From contig OZ024743.1 of assembly GCA_964016885.1 (NCBI GenBank), positions 111,600,001 to 111,664,000 of the forward strand: DNA of 64,000 bases. The letters are read 5' to 3'. This document shows positions 1 to 14,082 of this stretch, piece after piece; positions within the stretch are counted from its first letter, which is position 1; each line of letters begins with the position of its first letter. The stretch comes from Eledone cirrhosa. Its lineage: Eukaryota. The notes under the pieces are model-generated. The model ran no database searches, was not told where the DNA came from, and saw nothing but the letters and a program-made list of their open reading frames with translations. A program made the position numbers and the translations under genes.

Positions 1-68
<68 letters not shown>
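1..68. repeat. (TG)n microsatellite
   Basis: Direct reading of an uninterrupted TG dinucleotide run. Confidence 0.95.
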
Positions 69-70
<2 letters not shown>

Positions 71-439
71 CTGCGTGTACATTAGGCTGCATGTGTGGAT
101 GTGTTCTGGTTTTTCTTTGTATGTGAGTATAATATAAAATATACCATACTATTGAATAGCGCTATTTGATATCGTTATACTATAAAAATAGTATATTCGG
201 TTGTTCTCATCCTTATATATATATAATAGACCCATATAGAGATGATAAGAAGCTTTCCCTTATAGTAATCCTTACAAATAGTGAAATGACCTGAGATGAA
301 TTCGACTTCCTTCCAGCTCTCTTCAAATGCCTTGCATACACAATCACTCGACTGTCTTTTTACTTGCGGTTATTTTTTTATAAATTTTCTTTTTAAGATT
401 CTTCTATTGTTTGTGTTCATTTACGTTCTGATTTCAAAT

Positions 440-575
440 ATCACTGAGGTGAATTTTTATTTTTTCATTCCGAGGACTATAATTTTAAGTACCAGTCAAG
501 TATTGAGGTAGATGTATTCCATTTTGCCTTCTCCTCAAATTGCTGGCATTGCGCCTAAATTAGAAAACATTATGA
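440..575 (+). mobile_element. Old degenerate SINE copy (3' half)
   Basis: aagtaccagt...aaattgctggcattgcgcctaaattagaaaac matches the 3' part of the SINE seen at 12350-12540. Confidence 0.55.
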
Positions 576-3500
576 TTTTTTTTTAAAGAAATAGATATAC
601 AGAATTCTGAGAGATTCGGATACAAAATGCCATGCGAAATTCGAATCCTAGCGAAATCAAACCTGTCATCCGTCCTAGCTGGTTAACGTAAAGACCCAGT
701 TAATAAATGTCGTAAATTTATTCGAATTTCTTCTATCTCCAAATTGATGCCCTTAAAACTATTATTATCATATAGCCTTTGATGGAATCTGATCGAGAAT
801 ATCTAATTTCAGAAGCATTTCAGCCATAACAACCCAGTCATATTAATGGTATGTTTGACTACGCACCTTAGCTGTGTCCTTTCCTTATTTTATAACACCT
901 GAATTAAACACATTATAATGTGAACTCTTGAAAACCTTTGGTAATAACCTCATAACTACCGTTGTTTTTCACGACTTTGTCAGTTGAAGAATCGAGGCAC
1001 CTATTACGTTTTGTCAAGGATTCCAGGACCGATGGGAGGACAGAAGTAAACTTACTATCAACCTGAAGACAGTAACCGAAAGTTTGAAACACGGTTGGAT
1101 GAGCTTACGAACCAAATAATTTTCGCTCATAACCTGGTCAATGCTGTTGGTTTTTTTTTGTGGTTTTGGGGTGTCCTTCTCTGTTTTCAGAGATTCCATG
1201 ACTTATTGTTAGAATCGGCCTTTGGCCGGAGTGTCTACAACAGACTGTGATGAACAAAATACTCTTATGATGGCAATATGATTAGGTAATAAAGTTGCGG
1301 CTTGTTTTCCATCAATTAATTGGGGGATGAAAGGAAGTGTATATTAGCACTTTCAGGGGTTTCTAGAATGGTAGGATCGTTGGAAATAATGTCTCCGTAA
1401 GCTGGAGCTCTCTCTCTCAAATACCTGCAACACAGTGGAATAAGCCAAACACACACAAAACACTTTAGGTGTTTAGACTATAAAATTGATCATATATGAA
1501 AATGACGGCCTCTTGCGGAAATTCTATCAACTAAATATAACAGTCAAGGCTATGGTCGATCTGAGGATTTAGAAAAAAATTACTTATTAATGGTTCTGCG
1601 CAATGAAGGTTGAAAACGAATCTACATTATTGGGATGGGAACCTTATGAACTTACACATATCGCAATTGTTACAAAATATCTATCTAATAAATGTTCAAT
1701 ATTCTACATCTTTTTGTGAAAGAATATTGTATTGAATAAAATGTATTAAATAATTCGAAGACTGCACCGAAACCAAAAATAATAGATAAGTGTAAAACAT
1801 ATATTTGAAAGGTAAAGAGAAAGCTAACATTAAAAAAATACGTGTTGAAGACAATACGATTTTAGTCAATTAAAATTGATTAGAAAATATATAGTTCTAA
1901 GACGCCATCATCTTGAAAAACAATAAGCGATTTAGTCTTAAATTATTTAATGTAGCATTAAGATGGGAAAAACATCGAACTACAGGATCGCAAATTGAAT
2001 ATCATGTATTTTTAAATGAATATTCATTCACCGTTAACGTATTAATGGTTAGCATATTGAAGTATACATTTTAACTTCCAGATTTTCTTTTATTTTTATT
2101 TAAAATCGATAGAAGATATAACATTTTCCATTTAACATCTATACTGATATAAGTTGTTTCTGACTGCCCATATTATTTATTTTTCTACGGTAGCACTAAG
2201 GTCAAATATAGAATAGCTAGCATTTGTATTGCTGCATTAGACATAATTATTAGGCATTTGTATAGATGAATTGGTCAGAATAAATGGGAATACATTAACA
2301 AAGCGATTTAGTTTCAATAAGTTATGTTCCATAACGTTTTACAATGGTACCATTATAAATACTTTGAAAGATTTATCTATAACCTCTAATTATATTTATT
2401 TTCAAACTTTTACACCAATAGATTAAATACAATTTTACGAACCGTATTTTCATTACTTGGTTTACCATGTTGACTGTGATTGTTGTCAACATCATTCAGC
2501 CGTATATAACTACATTTAATGCATCTAACACTGCGGCATGCAATATGTAATTGATATTATGTCTTAAAGCAAATACCTACATTATACTAGAAACTTTCTA
2601 CCCAATCACTTCATTTTGCCAAATAAAAGAACATAAAACAAGGTTAGCTGCACCTTCCTCAAATATATATGTATTGGCTTTTATAAATGATGAGGACAGG
2701 GTTTACTTCTTGCTACATAAAAACGAAAGAAACATATAATAAAAAAAAAAATCATGAATATTTTACTTTCACCCTTTGATATAATACAATTTTGTATCTG
2801 AATGAGACGTCTTCTCGGTTTACAATTAGCTGAGCTATTTAAGCTTGAATTATTGACTGACTACGCCGTTCATCTGGTCGTAAACGCTTGTCTAAAGTTA
2901 GCCAAGATACATCATCTCCATAATTCAATGATTTACCATTATTTATTGATTGATTTTCATTTCTAGAGTTTAATAGACTGTAATTGTATAGGGAGGTTAC
3001 GATGACAATTCTCTAAAACTTTAGTTGATAATTAGTTATATATAATGAGATAGAATCACAATTTATTCGCTCTTTTATTTCTGAGTTAAATTGGCCTATA
3101 AAACTGGGAGAATTAGTAGATCAAGATATAAGATCTGGTAAACCGTTGTAGTCATTTTAAGTTATTTATGCTACTAAATAGTATTAGCAAAACCATGAAT
3201 CTGGGAATTACTATTTCCCCATATATAAATACATATTCGCTTAGTCGTTTATAACATTCCAATAGATGGTTGTGAGCGTAGACTTTTTAGTGTGGAGGGT
3301 ATTAGATATATTCGATAATATATTGGGTCACAAGAACGTGGTATGAGAACGGAAAGGGCTTGATAATTGTATGTGCATTTGAAACTATTTTCACTTCATA
3401 CAACAGAATTATCCCATTGCAATAATTTTATTTGTTTGAAAAAGAAGACATTTACTGGCATTCAGACACGTGTTTCATTGCCCATTAAATCCGATGATGG

Positions 3501-4049
3501 CATCATCCTTTTTCTATATGTTGACGGCTGTATGTACTAATTATTGATGTAAACCCACATTCTGTAAATGGTTAGTTGCAGGGATCACGTATAATATCGG
3601 ATACCCTTTCTATGAAAATGAATGCGTTTATCATCAATCCTATTTCCCCTGAAAACCTGCCAAAATGAATGGTGAATGATATCTTACATCGCCTAGTTTT
3701 GATTTTCCTGTACTCAAAGTGGCTGAAACCAGACGTAGATAGATTGCTACATGAGATAAACAAGAAATGCCGCTGTATATAGACAGATCTTTGCAGAAGT
3801 ATATATAGATGTCAAGCTGTTTTTTTAGGAAGACCTCATTGTGATATTTCCAAATGAAATAATCTATTGCCTGGGCCTCTTTTAAAATAACATCACTCAC
3901 TAGCCCTTGGCTGCAAATAATACGGTCTATGTATATGAATATGGGTAGAGTATTTGGCTGCTGCTACTTTACAAAGAGAAATAATGCCGAGGTTTAAATA
4001 TCAGGCCCATACTTTCATACACATAGACACACACAAAGATAAAAGAAAA

Positions 4050-4100
<51 letters not shown>

Positions 4101-4600
4101 AGTGGAAGCTTAGTAAAATCGAAGCTTTGGCTGTGGGCAAGCCAAATCGACCTACAATAGGAATGAGTTAGCAAAGCAGTCAATCAGTCAATAAGGGTAG
4201 GTCATTAGAGTAATAACATATGTTTAAATAGCTTGACAAATTGAACATTGCGGTAGGCAAAACCCAACCACACAATACCAAAGTAACGAAAGAACTAACA
4301 AATCAAACGATATACGTCTAAAGTGTTGCTATGAATCCGAAATCATTTATCCAACTTACATAACACGCACGCTCGTGGTATTCCATGATCGAACAGAGGA
4401 TTCATTTCATCAACAAGGATCAGTTCCGCCACAAATCGGAGTGAACAAACTAATTGCGGCCGCTATGAATGCAGCCAGCGAACACTTAGTTGTCACGTGT
4501 TATTTCCAACAAGGGAAGCAACCCCCAGTTGTTGGTGGGTGAATTAAAAAGTGATATATATATATACATATATACACACACACACAAACATATATATATA

Positions 4601-4986
4601 TATGTAAAATAAAATAAAATAAATAAATCAAATGTTTAAAATTTGGCTTCGTTTATTACTGGTATATATATTTCGGTGACAGCCTTCTTTGGCTGTGATC
4701 TCTTCAGGCAGTCCGAATTAGTGTGGTAGAGAGGAGTACACATGTTGTTAGGGTGTTTAACTTTGTCAATACTCTGATATGCCCAGTTCCTGGTTGGGTT
4801 TGTTATTTCACTGAGGAACTGGAATCATATGATAGCAGTAATAAACGAAGCCAAATTTGAAACATTTGACTTATTTATTTTATTTTATTTTACATAACTC
4901 CGGAGTAACCAAACCAACCTGCGCACTTCGTCGAGTGCTCCAATCTGCATATTGAGGTGTTGGTATACAACCAAAATATACTCAAC

Positions 4987-4990
<4 letters not shown>
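4601..4990. mobile_element. Fold-back element between (TA)n tracts, probably inverted Penelope-like pLTRs
   Basis: About 60-bp inverted repeat, 4601-4661 versus 4836-4896 (two mismatches by eye). Each arm lies 3' of a hammerhead-like core. Confidence 0.65.
4657..4712 (-). ncRNA. Type I hammerhead ribozyme-like motif
   Basis: Minus strand reads actgc CTGAAGA gatc-acagcc-aaagaa-ggctgt-cacc GAAA TATATATA ccagt. Both core boxes are intact, with a stem II hairpin, palindromic stem III and stem I actg/cagt. Confidence 0.65.
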
Positions 4991-5052
<62 letters not shown>

Positions 5053-5248
5053 AAAGGAATAATAAATACAAATATATAGCAATGTGTGTATGTGTGTGTA
5101 TATGTATACACACATATGTCATTTTCTGTATTGCTATATATTTTTATATATTATTTTCTCACCCTTTATATTACCCGTTATTTTTCCAGCATCACTTCCA
5201 ATTTTTAACAGATTTGAAATCTCAGTTCATATCTTTTATCCATAACAT

Positions 5249-5316
5249 CTCTGTCTGACGATCGACCCAGACATATATCATTACTGTCTGGGATCCAGAA
5301 ACCGTTGGTAATGGAG
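5249..5316 (+). ncRNA. Type I hammerhead ribozyme, apparently intact
   Basis: ctctgt CTGACGA tcga-cccagaca-loop-tgtctggg-atcca GAAA CC gtt GG TA atggag. Stem I ctctgt/atggag is 6 bp with two G-U pairs, stem III is ACC/GGT, and the cleavage triplet is GUA at 5308-5310. Confidence 0.78.
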
Positions 5317-5343
5317 TAGCTATATTTTGTGTTGTTCACTCTC

Positions 5344-5385
<42 letters not shown>

Positions 5386-5442
5386 TGTATGTGTGAGTGT
5401 GTGCGGACACCGACGCATCTATATGAATATTGGGTTTTATAT

Positions 5443-5505
<63 letters not shown>

Positions 5506-6044
5506 TGTGTGTTTCTAAGCACGTATGCATGGGTACATATATTAATCCATATATTTAAACATCAATTATGAACTCAAGAAAATAAATAATGAACCCAATC
5601 AGATTTATAATTTACGTTACATTATAATATGATCTAGGAAAATATATTGTATTGGAAATAGAAGGGAAAATGAGTTTTGATTGTTTTGCACGTTTAACAT
5701 GTTGTTGCTAACTATTAGTAATTTGAGAAGACAACCCCGATATTGGCATATCTGATAAGAAATGTGGAATTATCACATATGAAACATAAACATTGGCACC
5801 CGAAGTTACGCCATCACGCTGTTGCTGAGCAGTGTCCATTGTTTAACATAACCGAACAATAAAAATTCTTAAACAGCAATGGACCCAGAGCAGCAAATTA
5901 TCTGAAATCAATGAATGTAACCCCGAGTAAATTTATTGTTATCATTAATCACGATAGGGGTAATACTAATAATACTACTATTATTATTACTAACAATAAT
6001 AATAAATATCATTATGGTTGTTGTTCTTGTTGTCTTTATTCTTC

Positions 6045-6069
6045 TTTATTATTATTAGTATTATTATTA

Positions 6070-6141
<72 letters not shown>

Positions 6142-6155
6142 TATTATTATTATTT
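6045..6155. repeat. (TTA)n microsatellite
   Basis: Direct reading. Confidence 0.95.
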
Positions 6156-7794
6156 ATTTAGAGGCCAGGAAACATCATTCTGATGAAGATGACGTTGCTG
6201 GTGATGATTAGAATGTAACATTTCCTTTATTTATAATGATGCTGCGATTGATGAAGATTAGGTTGTAGAAGTATTGGATAAATATGGCAGAGAGGGAGAT
6301 ATATGAGAGAAGAAGAAAGGGGAGAAGAAATATAAAGATAATGAGGAGGAGTTAAATGAAACGAGGGAGAGTGTAAACTACTTAAATAACTTATTAACAT
6401 TCGGGGCAATTATTTTAGTTTCAATGAATAATTCTTTATTACAAGAAAAAAAGCTATTATACTAAGCCAAAATATATTTTTTAATGTGTGAGAAGAGATG
6501 AGATGAGAGGAGGATTGAGATAGAGAGTGATGTGAGAGCAACCAAAGAGGATGAATGGGTGAGTACGGGTATAAACAGCTAATTATCTGTCTTCATTGAT
6601 GCATCAAAATTATCAATTTGTCTATAATTGTTTAGATTAATTGCTTTGGATAATAGTAAAATGTTTGTTTTCTTTAATGAGTATTAAAAAAATAGCTTAT
6701 TTGATTCTTTGTCTTTTTTTCAACCATCACTCCGCGCATTGTTAAGATATTTTTAACCAAAAGCAGAAAGAAAACAATTATAAAATAAATATATATTTAA
6801 AATAAAACTTTGATCTTATCAGTGATTTATTCCTTTACAGAACACCCCTTGTCAAGATTTCATTGATAATAATGAAAATTTCATATCTTTAGAATATTTA
6901 TAATATTCAATCGAATATTTTTATCGAACATTTTTCATTTTTAGGGGGGATGCTCAGAACATGGAAAAATGTTTACAAAGTATTTCTTTTTATTTTATTC
7001 ATAAGTTTTTTCTCCGCATTTTACTTGTTCAAAAATACATTATATACATTTATATTTCTTGTTGCTAGGTACTATATAGCACTGTAAGCTGGTCCATGTT
7101 TCATACAGCTTAGAAATTCTCTTGACAATGTATTTTACTTTACACTTCGGAAAAAAGAGTAAAAGTTTGTATAATAATTAATTTCATTTCAAATATAATA
7201 AAAAATAAATTATAACTTTAATACCCATTATTTACAAATACGATTCCAAAATGTAACACAAATGACCCCCACCCCCACCCCACTAAAAAAAAGAACCAAA
7301 AATAAATGAGAGTACAATCTATATAATCACCCTTGGTAGTTCATTGGAAATTATTTCATCTATACAGAACAGAAATCCAAGTCGAATTTGTAAATGAATA
7401 CACTAAATACCAGAACACATATTAAATAATGATCCACTGATTCTACCATTTGTCATCCCGACTATCTATAATATTAAGTTTATGTGTTCATATTTTCAGT
7501 CTTTAACAACCTTTACTGTGTACAATAATTTCAACTTATAATCATTTTCTGATAGTAGTGATATTAGATCATTTTACATATCCAGTGTATCTAATAAGGT
7601 CGATGTAAGCCTGTAACTACTCATGTAGCCGTAGTGGTGCCATCAAGATATATGGCGTGTCTTAAACCCTTCTTAAACCCATTTTCAGCCCATCGGTCTC
7701 CAGAACTGAACATGCTCAATTTTCTCGATCGTATAAGAAAGAGAATGATAGGGAAGTGAGAAAAACTGATAGAGAGGAAGAGGAAGAGCAGCGC

Positions 7795-10700
7795 TGCTAC
7801 TTAAGTGTTAGTTTATTTATCGACCTTGAAAGGATGAGAAGCAAAGTTGACTTAGGTGGAATTTGAACTCTGAGTAAATAAATGGAATGAACACTAGAAT
7901 GCATTATATCCGAAGTTTCAAAAGTTCAGAAAATGTGTCACATGTAACTAGGTTTACAATATTGTCATTTCATTTTTCCTTCAGCATTGCGTTATGCTAT
8001 TTTGAAATATTTTGTAAGAGATCGGGGGTCAACAAAGATCCACATTTGTTAGCTCTGAATGTTAGGCAACCACATAAAATTGAAGGCTACACAATTTGAG
8101 AGTGAAATTGTTTTCCCCAAATATATATTAAATTAAATCCGACTTATATAGATACTAATGATGTCTCGAGGTATGAAATGCATTACAGACGTCTAGTGGA
8201 TTATAGTTCGGAACAGCAGGGTTATGATTAACATGATGATTACAGAATATATGAGATATTGTAAGCAGTATAAAGTATGTGAAGGATTATATCTATGATC
8301 ATTATATTTTTTCTGATATTAGCATAAGGCCAGCAATTTGAAGGAAGGAGAATGTCGATAATATCGGCCGTAGTTCTTATACCTTACTATATTTTATCGA
8401 CCCTAGAATGATGAAAGACAAAATTGACCTCGACGAGATTTGAACGTAGAACGTAAAATGATGGAAGAAACATTTCTAAGAATTTGAGTGACACTCTCTC
8501 AACACTTCCACTTCATCACCCCTGTGAAGACGATAATAATGGTAATGAATGCATTCAACAAACCATTACAATTTTGATGGGGATCTATGGAAGCGCCGTT
8601 GTTCTGCGTGTCTTTTACTAATTATAATTCATTGATATATGTTTTTATTTCTTTTAGAATTCAACAAATCTGTTCTCAAAAGATCTCATCATTTCTTTAC
8701 TTTACCCATTCACTGCCCGATGAAGAGTAGTTTTTATAAAGTTTATAAAAATCTACACTTGAATAAGATCAGGATGTATAAAATATAAACCAAGACTATT
8801 GAAAGCCAGAATCATTCTATAAAATTACAGTAAGACATAAATCATTTGTGTATATCTGCGTATATATGTATGTGCATGAGAGCGGTCGTGTGTGTGAATG
8901 CGTCTATATATGGATGTGTGCTTACATATATGCCATGGTTATATTCAAGCAAAAGAAAATATATTCTGCCAATCTTAGTTCTAAATCAAAATATCCAATA
9001 GAGATCAGATATTTTCACGCACATATCGAAGCTATTTTGACATAACAACATTCTCTTATTTCTTTTATTCAATCCATTTTATTTGTGGAGATGGGAAGGA
9101 GGGGAGAAATTATTTGCATTCATGTCAATCAATAAGACCCACTTCAGTGTTGGGTTATATTGTGATCACTAAAATTCCCAGCAGTACAGTCAATATTCAT
9201 TTAGATAGCAAGATTTATGTCAATGAACATTTCAGGTTAAACTTTTTTCCCTGACGGCATTAAAAAAAAAACGAATATCTGGAAGAGAAGCAATATTTCA
9301 TCATACCACCCCCTGAAACGCAGAGAAGGTGGAGATACAGGACAGTTTTATGATATTTCGTGTTAAATGATATATTGAAATACTAATAATAGGGTTTGTA
9401 ATTTAGGATGGAGGAAAATTCGATTAAATCGACCCGAAATATCACTGGTACTTCATTTCATCAACCCAGGAAGGATGAACGGCAACGCTAGATTCGGCGG
9501 GTTTGTAACTCAGGGCGTAAAGAGCCGTAACTAAATACCGCTAAGCAATATGTCCGGCGCTCTACGTACGTTTCCAATCCGCCAACCCCATAAATACTAA
9601 TATAAATGATTTTAAAATTATTCGGAAGGTAAGTGGAATGTTGATTATATTGGCTCCAGTACTATACGGGTACTACATTCTATCGACACGGAATGTTGAA
9701 AAGCAAAGTTGACTTCGGACGGATTTGAACTCAGATTATAAATCCCCATGACAGATACTTCAATGGCAACTCGTTCAACTTTTTACCAGTTCTGCCAAAC
9801 AATCATAATACATCTAATGCTACTTTAATAGTCACCGATGTTGATATTGTTGCTGTTATTGTTATTGCTGCTGCTATCGTTGTATTTTTTTTTATTTGCT
9901 CCTATATCTGCTGGATTGATGGAATGTTTTAGAGAAACAAAATCTAATCGATAACCTCACTTGATAAGTTTTGACGTTTCTGTGATAAGACTCAACAAAT
10001 AGCTAAAGATAACGCTAACTCATTCACTTGACAGAGATGATTACTAGAAAAATGGTCGGCATCTCTTACCCAAAATGTACTTCACAAAATCCTGCTGAAT
10101 ATGATATTGAGAGCTAAAAAAACTTTACAAAACGTCTCCATTTTCTTCTAAATATTGCACAAGGCAAATAATCTGTGGGGAGAAAATATGAAAAGCATAA
10201 CATTTGTCTGTGACTGGAACTGTATTGTATAGACCTCAAACGGATGTAAGGCAAATTTGGTCTCAGTACAGATTGGACACAGAGCATTGAATGATACTGC
10301 CGAGTTACCACCTTTATTCGGATATAATATATATATTTCTTTTTAATTAAGACTAAACAGAACAATTTATGTGGAGTGGAAATTCGATTACTCCGACCTA
10401 GTACGTCACAGGTAGTTTATTTGGCCGAACCCGGTAAGGAAAGTTGATCTTGTCAGGATTTCAACTCAGAAGCTAACTAAATCCTGCAAAGCATTTTAAC
10501 CGATGTTTGTTTATGATTGTGCCAATTTACTGCTATCTATTTGGATATAATAATACAAATTACTGTTTATTTTGTGAAATGTTTCGAATATGCTGCGCAT
10601 AGAAATCTACGTAAATATTACGTTACTGAACAGCTGACTGAGTCACTAAATGCAGTTGAAATGCATCAACCCTCATTCTATTAGATTAAACGAATAATTG

Positions 10701-11250
10701 TTTCTACTTTTGGCACAAGGCCAGCAATTTCCCAGTGCATTACAGGTAGTTTATTTTATCGACCCCGTAAGGATGAAGGACAAAGTTAACCTTGGCGGGA
10801 TTTGAACTCAGATCATAGAGGGTCATAACGCTTTGCTGCAAAGCATGGCGCCAGACCCTCTACCGATACTGCCAATCCACCACCCTTTCAGTCCAAAATT
10901 TAAATGGTTACGAAATGGCATAGTTGATTGTATATGGATTTGAATGCTTCGCAGTATTTGTCCCGGCTATTTTCTCTCCAATATCACCAAGATCAGCTTT
11001 GTCTTTCATCCTTTCGATGTCGTTAAAAAAATTACTAGGCCGGTACTGGGATTTATTTTTCTTCTCACGGTTTTAAAATAAACAAAGAAACACCTACAGT
11101 GCCCGTATATCTCTACCAGAAATGACAGGTCCAAAACAAAATTGACTCGATATGTATTATTCATCCGAAGATATAGAAAGGCAAATTCAACGGTATTTTA
11201 AGTCAGACGAGAAGTAATCGTAATTGAATTATTTTCTCCGACTCTCTAAC
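7795..11250 (-). mobile_element. Cluster of dispersed SINE copies (about 7795-7880, 8320-8520, 9390-9590, 9620-9800, 10370-10530, 10695-10886 and 11100-11250 on -; 10960-11050 on +)
   Basis: Recurrent ttttatcgacccc..aaggatgaa.ggcaaagtt.acct.ggcgggatttgaactc motif at varying divergence. Confidence 0.8.
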
Positions 11251-11634
11251 CATCGTGACAATAACAACATTTTATGAAAATGTGTAATGCTTGTGATGAA
11301 TTGTTTATTTTTTATGTTTTTCTTTCATATTTGGCGATAGATCTTTTCGCGTTCCATCGATTCTATGACAAGCTGTACATTTCAAAGAGAAATATTCAAG
11401 TCAAATTCATTTTATCAAAAAATTCGATTCACATTTTTTTTTTTACTGATATCTAGTGATTAAGTCTGTACTCAGTGGTAATAGGTTTGAATAAAACGGA
11501 GGTAAATAGATTTACATATTTCACATACTTGTGAAAATAAACTGCTGCTACTTCAATATTCAATATAATATGATTTTATTTCGATTTTGTTTGATATATG
11601 AATTGAAATATATTCAAATTTATGACAAATTTGA

Positions 11635-11747
<113 letters not shown>

Positions 11748-12344
11748 CTGTGCCCGTGTGTGTGTGCGTGTATATATATATATATACATATTAATTTACC
11801 TTCCGACAACGATGACATTTCCATAGGAATTTCTTAGATATCTAATAGAAAATATTTCAGCTAATTCGCAGTTCTTATATCCCGGTCAATTAGATTTCGA
11901 TGCCACTAAACATAATTTAACACAAGAACTATGTAAACAGCAAAACAGCGAAGAATTTAATAAAGTATCAATCGGTGTGATACAGACATACACATACTAA
12001 CATGTGCACCACCACACACACTCACACACATACATTTTACAAGGTATTCTGTGTCTGATTATTTAAATAAACTATATTGTTTTCCTTAGCGTTTATACGC
12101 TTATACTGACGATTTCATATACATGTGGGCGATTTGAATACTACACATTTTAAATGTGTCAATGCCAAAGAATATTGCTGCTCATAATTTAATTAAATTC
12201 ATTGTAAATTAGTCACATTTGTAGTGTACTATCATGTAACCATACGTTCATGCTTCTTCAGAACATATCAAATGATCAAATAATCCGATTAAATTTGCTG
12301 TGTCATATAAAAACATGACTAATTTATATTATTATAAAACCAAC

Positions 12345-12740
12345 AGTGCTTGATTGGCAGTATCGGTAGAGGGTATGACACCATGCTTTGCAGCAACGAG
12401 TAATGCCCCTTTACGATCTGAGTTCAAATCCCGCCCAGGTTAACTTTGCCTTTCATCCTTACGGGGTCGATAAAATAAAATACCAGTAATACACTGGAAT
12501 AATTGCTGGCCTTGTTCCAAAAGTAGAAACAATTATTATAAAACCAACGATGGATTGGCAGTATCGGTAGAGGGTCAGACGCCATGCTTTGCAATAAAGA
12601 GTTACGGCCCTTTGTGGTCTGAGTTCAAATCCCGCCGAGCTTAACTTTGCCTTTCATCTTTACGGGGTCGATAAAATAAAGTACCAGTAATGTACTGGGT
12701 AATTAATGGCCATTTGCCAAAAGTAGAAACAATTATTATA
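12345..12740 (+). mobile_element. Two tandem tRNA-derived SINEs with a Meta/MESC-like core
   Basis: A-box-like TGGCAGTATCGG, B-box GAGTTCAAATCC, core gcctttcatccttacggggtcgataaaat..taccag and an (att) tail. The core-domain name is from recalled consensus. Confidence 0.88.
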
Positions 12741-12894
12741 AAACCATCCCATGGGAAAATGAGTAAAGCCCTACAACTCCGCCTCCCGAAAAAATACACA
12801 TAAACACACAGACAAACACGATCGCTCAAATATTAGAAAACAACACAGAATCGTTGTCCTCTAGTAGCGAAGACAAGGTACAACCAAAGCTACT

Positions 12895-13055
12895 GAGTGG
12901 GAGTAGCTGATAGCAGCGGGGTGTGCGAAAGACTCAAGTACCAGATCAAACAGTTCCAACTTCCTGACAGGTACCGATTATATTTCCTTAATGGGCCAGT
13001 GTGGATCTGGACCAACCACATAGGGTCATCTCGGTCTTATATAGACATGTTTTTC
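12895..13055 (+). mobile_element. Tx1-family AP-endonuclease fragment
   Basis: GVCERLKYQIKQFQLPDRYRLYFLNGPVWIWTNHIGSSRSYID aligns with GGCKNLTILLRRFELSDRYRLDFPNVPMWA*KNRIGSSRSYLD at about 16720-16850. Confidence 0.8.
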
Positions 13056-13084
13056 ATTAGGTATATAGTTAATAATACTATATG

Positions 13085-14082
13085 TTGTACACATTTTCAA
13101 ACGATAGCCTATTCAGGTCACGAGTTTGTGGATCTCTAAATTCAGTTTTCTCAAAGAAGGTAATATGCAGGGATTTTTCATGAAGGTTGCTCTTCCTCCT
13201 TGTTGTTATTACCTCCTTGAACATCCCCTGCTCTATTGTCCTCTCCTTCAGTACAATTCTGAGCATTGGCCCCCTACTCTCGGTGACGTATTTGTGAAGG
13301 TTGCTTTTCTCCATCTGAACACAGTCCTCTATGCTAAGACCTCTTCCACCTTCAGATCTCTTTAAGTAGAGTCTATCGTCATCACTCTTCTTGTGGAACA
13401 TGCTGCAGATAGTCAATAGCTTCCCAGTCTTCCTATCCATTTCTTTTTGTTCAGCAACATTCCATTTCAGAATTCCCGCACTGTACCTAATAATAGACAC
13501 AGCTCGGGAATTTACTGCACTTATGAGATTCTATTTAGATGTGATTTTAATACGCTCGTTACTCTCCTAATGTACTCAGATCTTATCAATTCCTTCATTC
13601 TTTTGTTCTTGATATCATTTGCCTCCAGAACACCTAAATATTTGTATCCTTCTACAGTGTCAATTTCCTTTATCATATCACCTGTTGGTACCTGGATTCC
13701 GTTGCTTCTGCTCAATTTACCCCTCTTCATCACTAAGACTCCATAGTTATTAATACCAAATTGCATACGTATATCACTGCTGAAAATACGGAAAGATTCA
13801 ACAAGTACATCCAACTCCTTCTCACTCTTCCCAAAGAGTTTAAGATCGTCTATGAAGAGGAGGTGGTTGATGGTAGTCTCACCTTTTCCCAACTTGTATC
13901 CTGCTCTCACTTTTCGCAGTATAACGGCCAGGGGTATCAGGGGAAGGACAAACAACAGAGGGGACAAACTATCTCCCTGGAAGATACCTCTCTTGATCTT
14001 CACGCCTCCAAAGGATTCTCCACCCGATGTTAATTCTGTTTCCCAGGACTTCATACTTTTGCTCAACAACTGTTGTGATGTT
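13085..14082 (-). mobile_element. R4/Dong-type non-LTR retrotransposon, RT fragment
   Basis: IKRGIFQGDSLSPLLF, INHLLFIDDLKLF, YKYLGV and DRLYLKRSEGGRGL motifs. Truncated at both ends. Confidence 0.88.

Noticed and set aside
3572-3900. Possible Penelope-type RT remnant
   Set aside because: Only vague resemblance to RT motifs and no intact YxDD.
12350-12435. tRNA gene (A and B boxes)
   Set aside because: No cloverleaf can be drawn; this is the SINE head.
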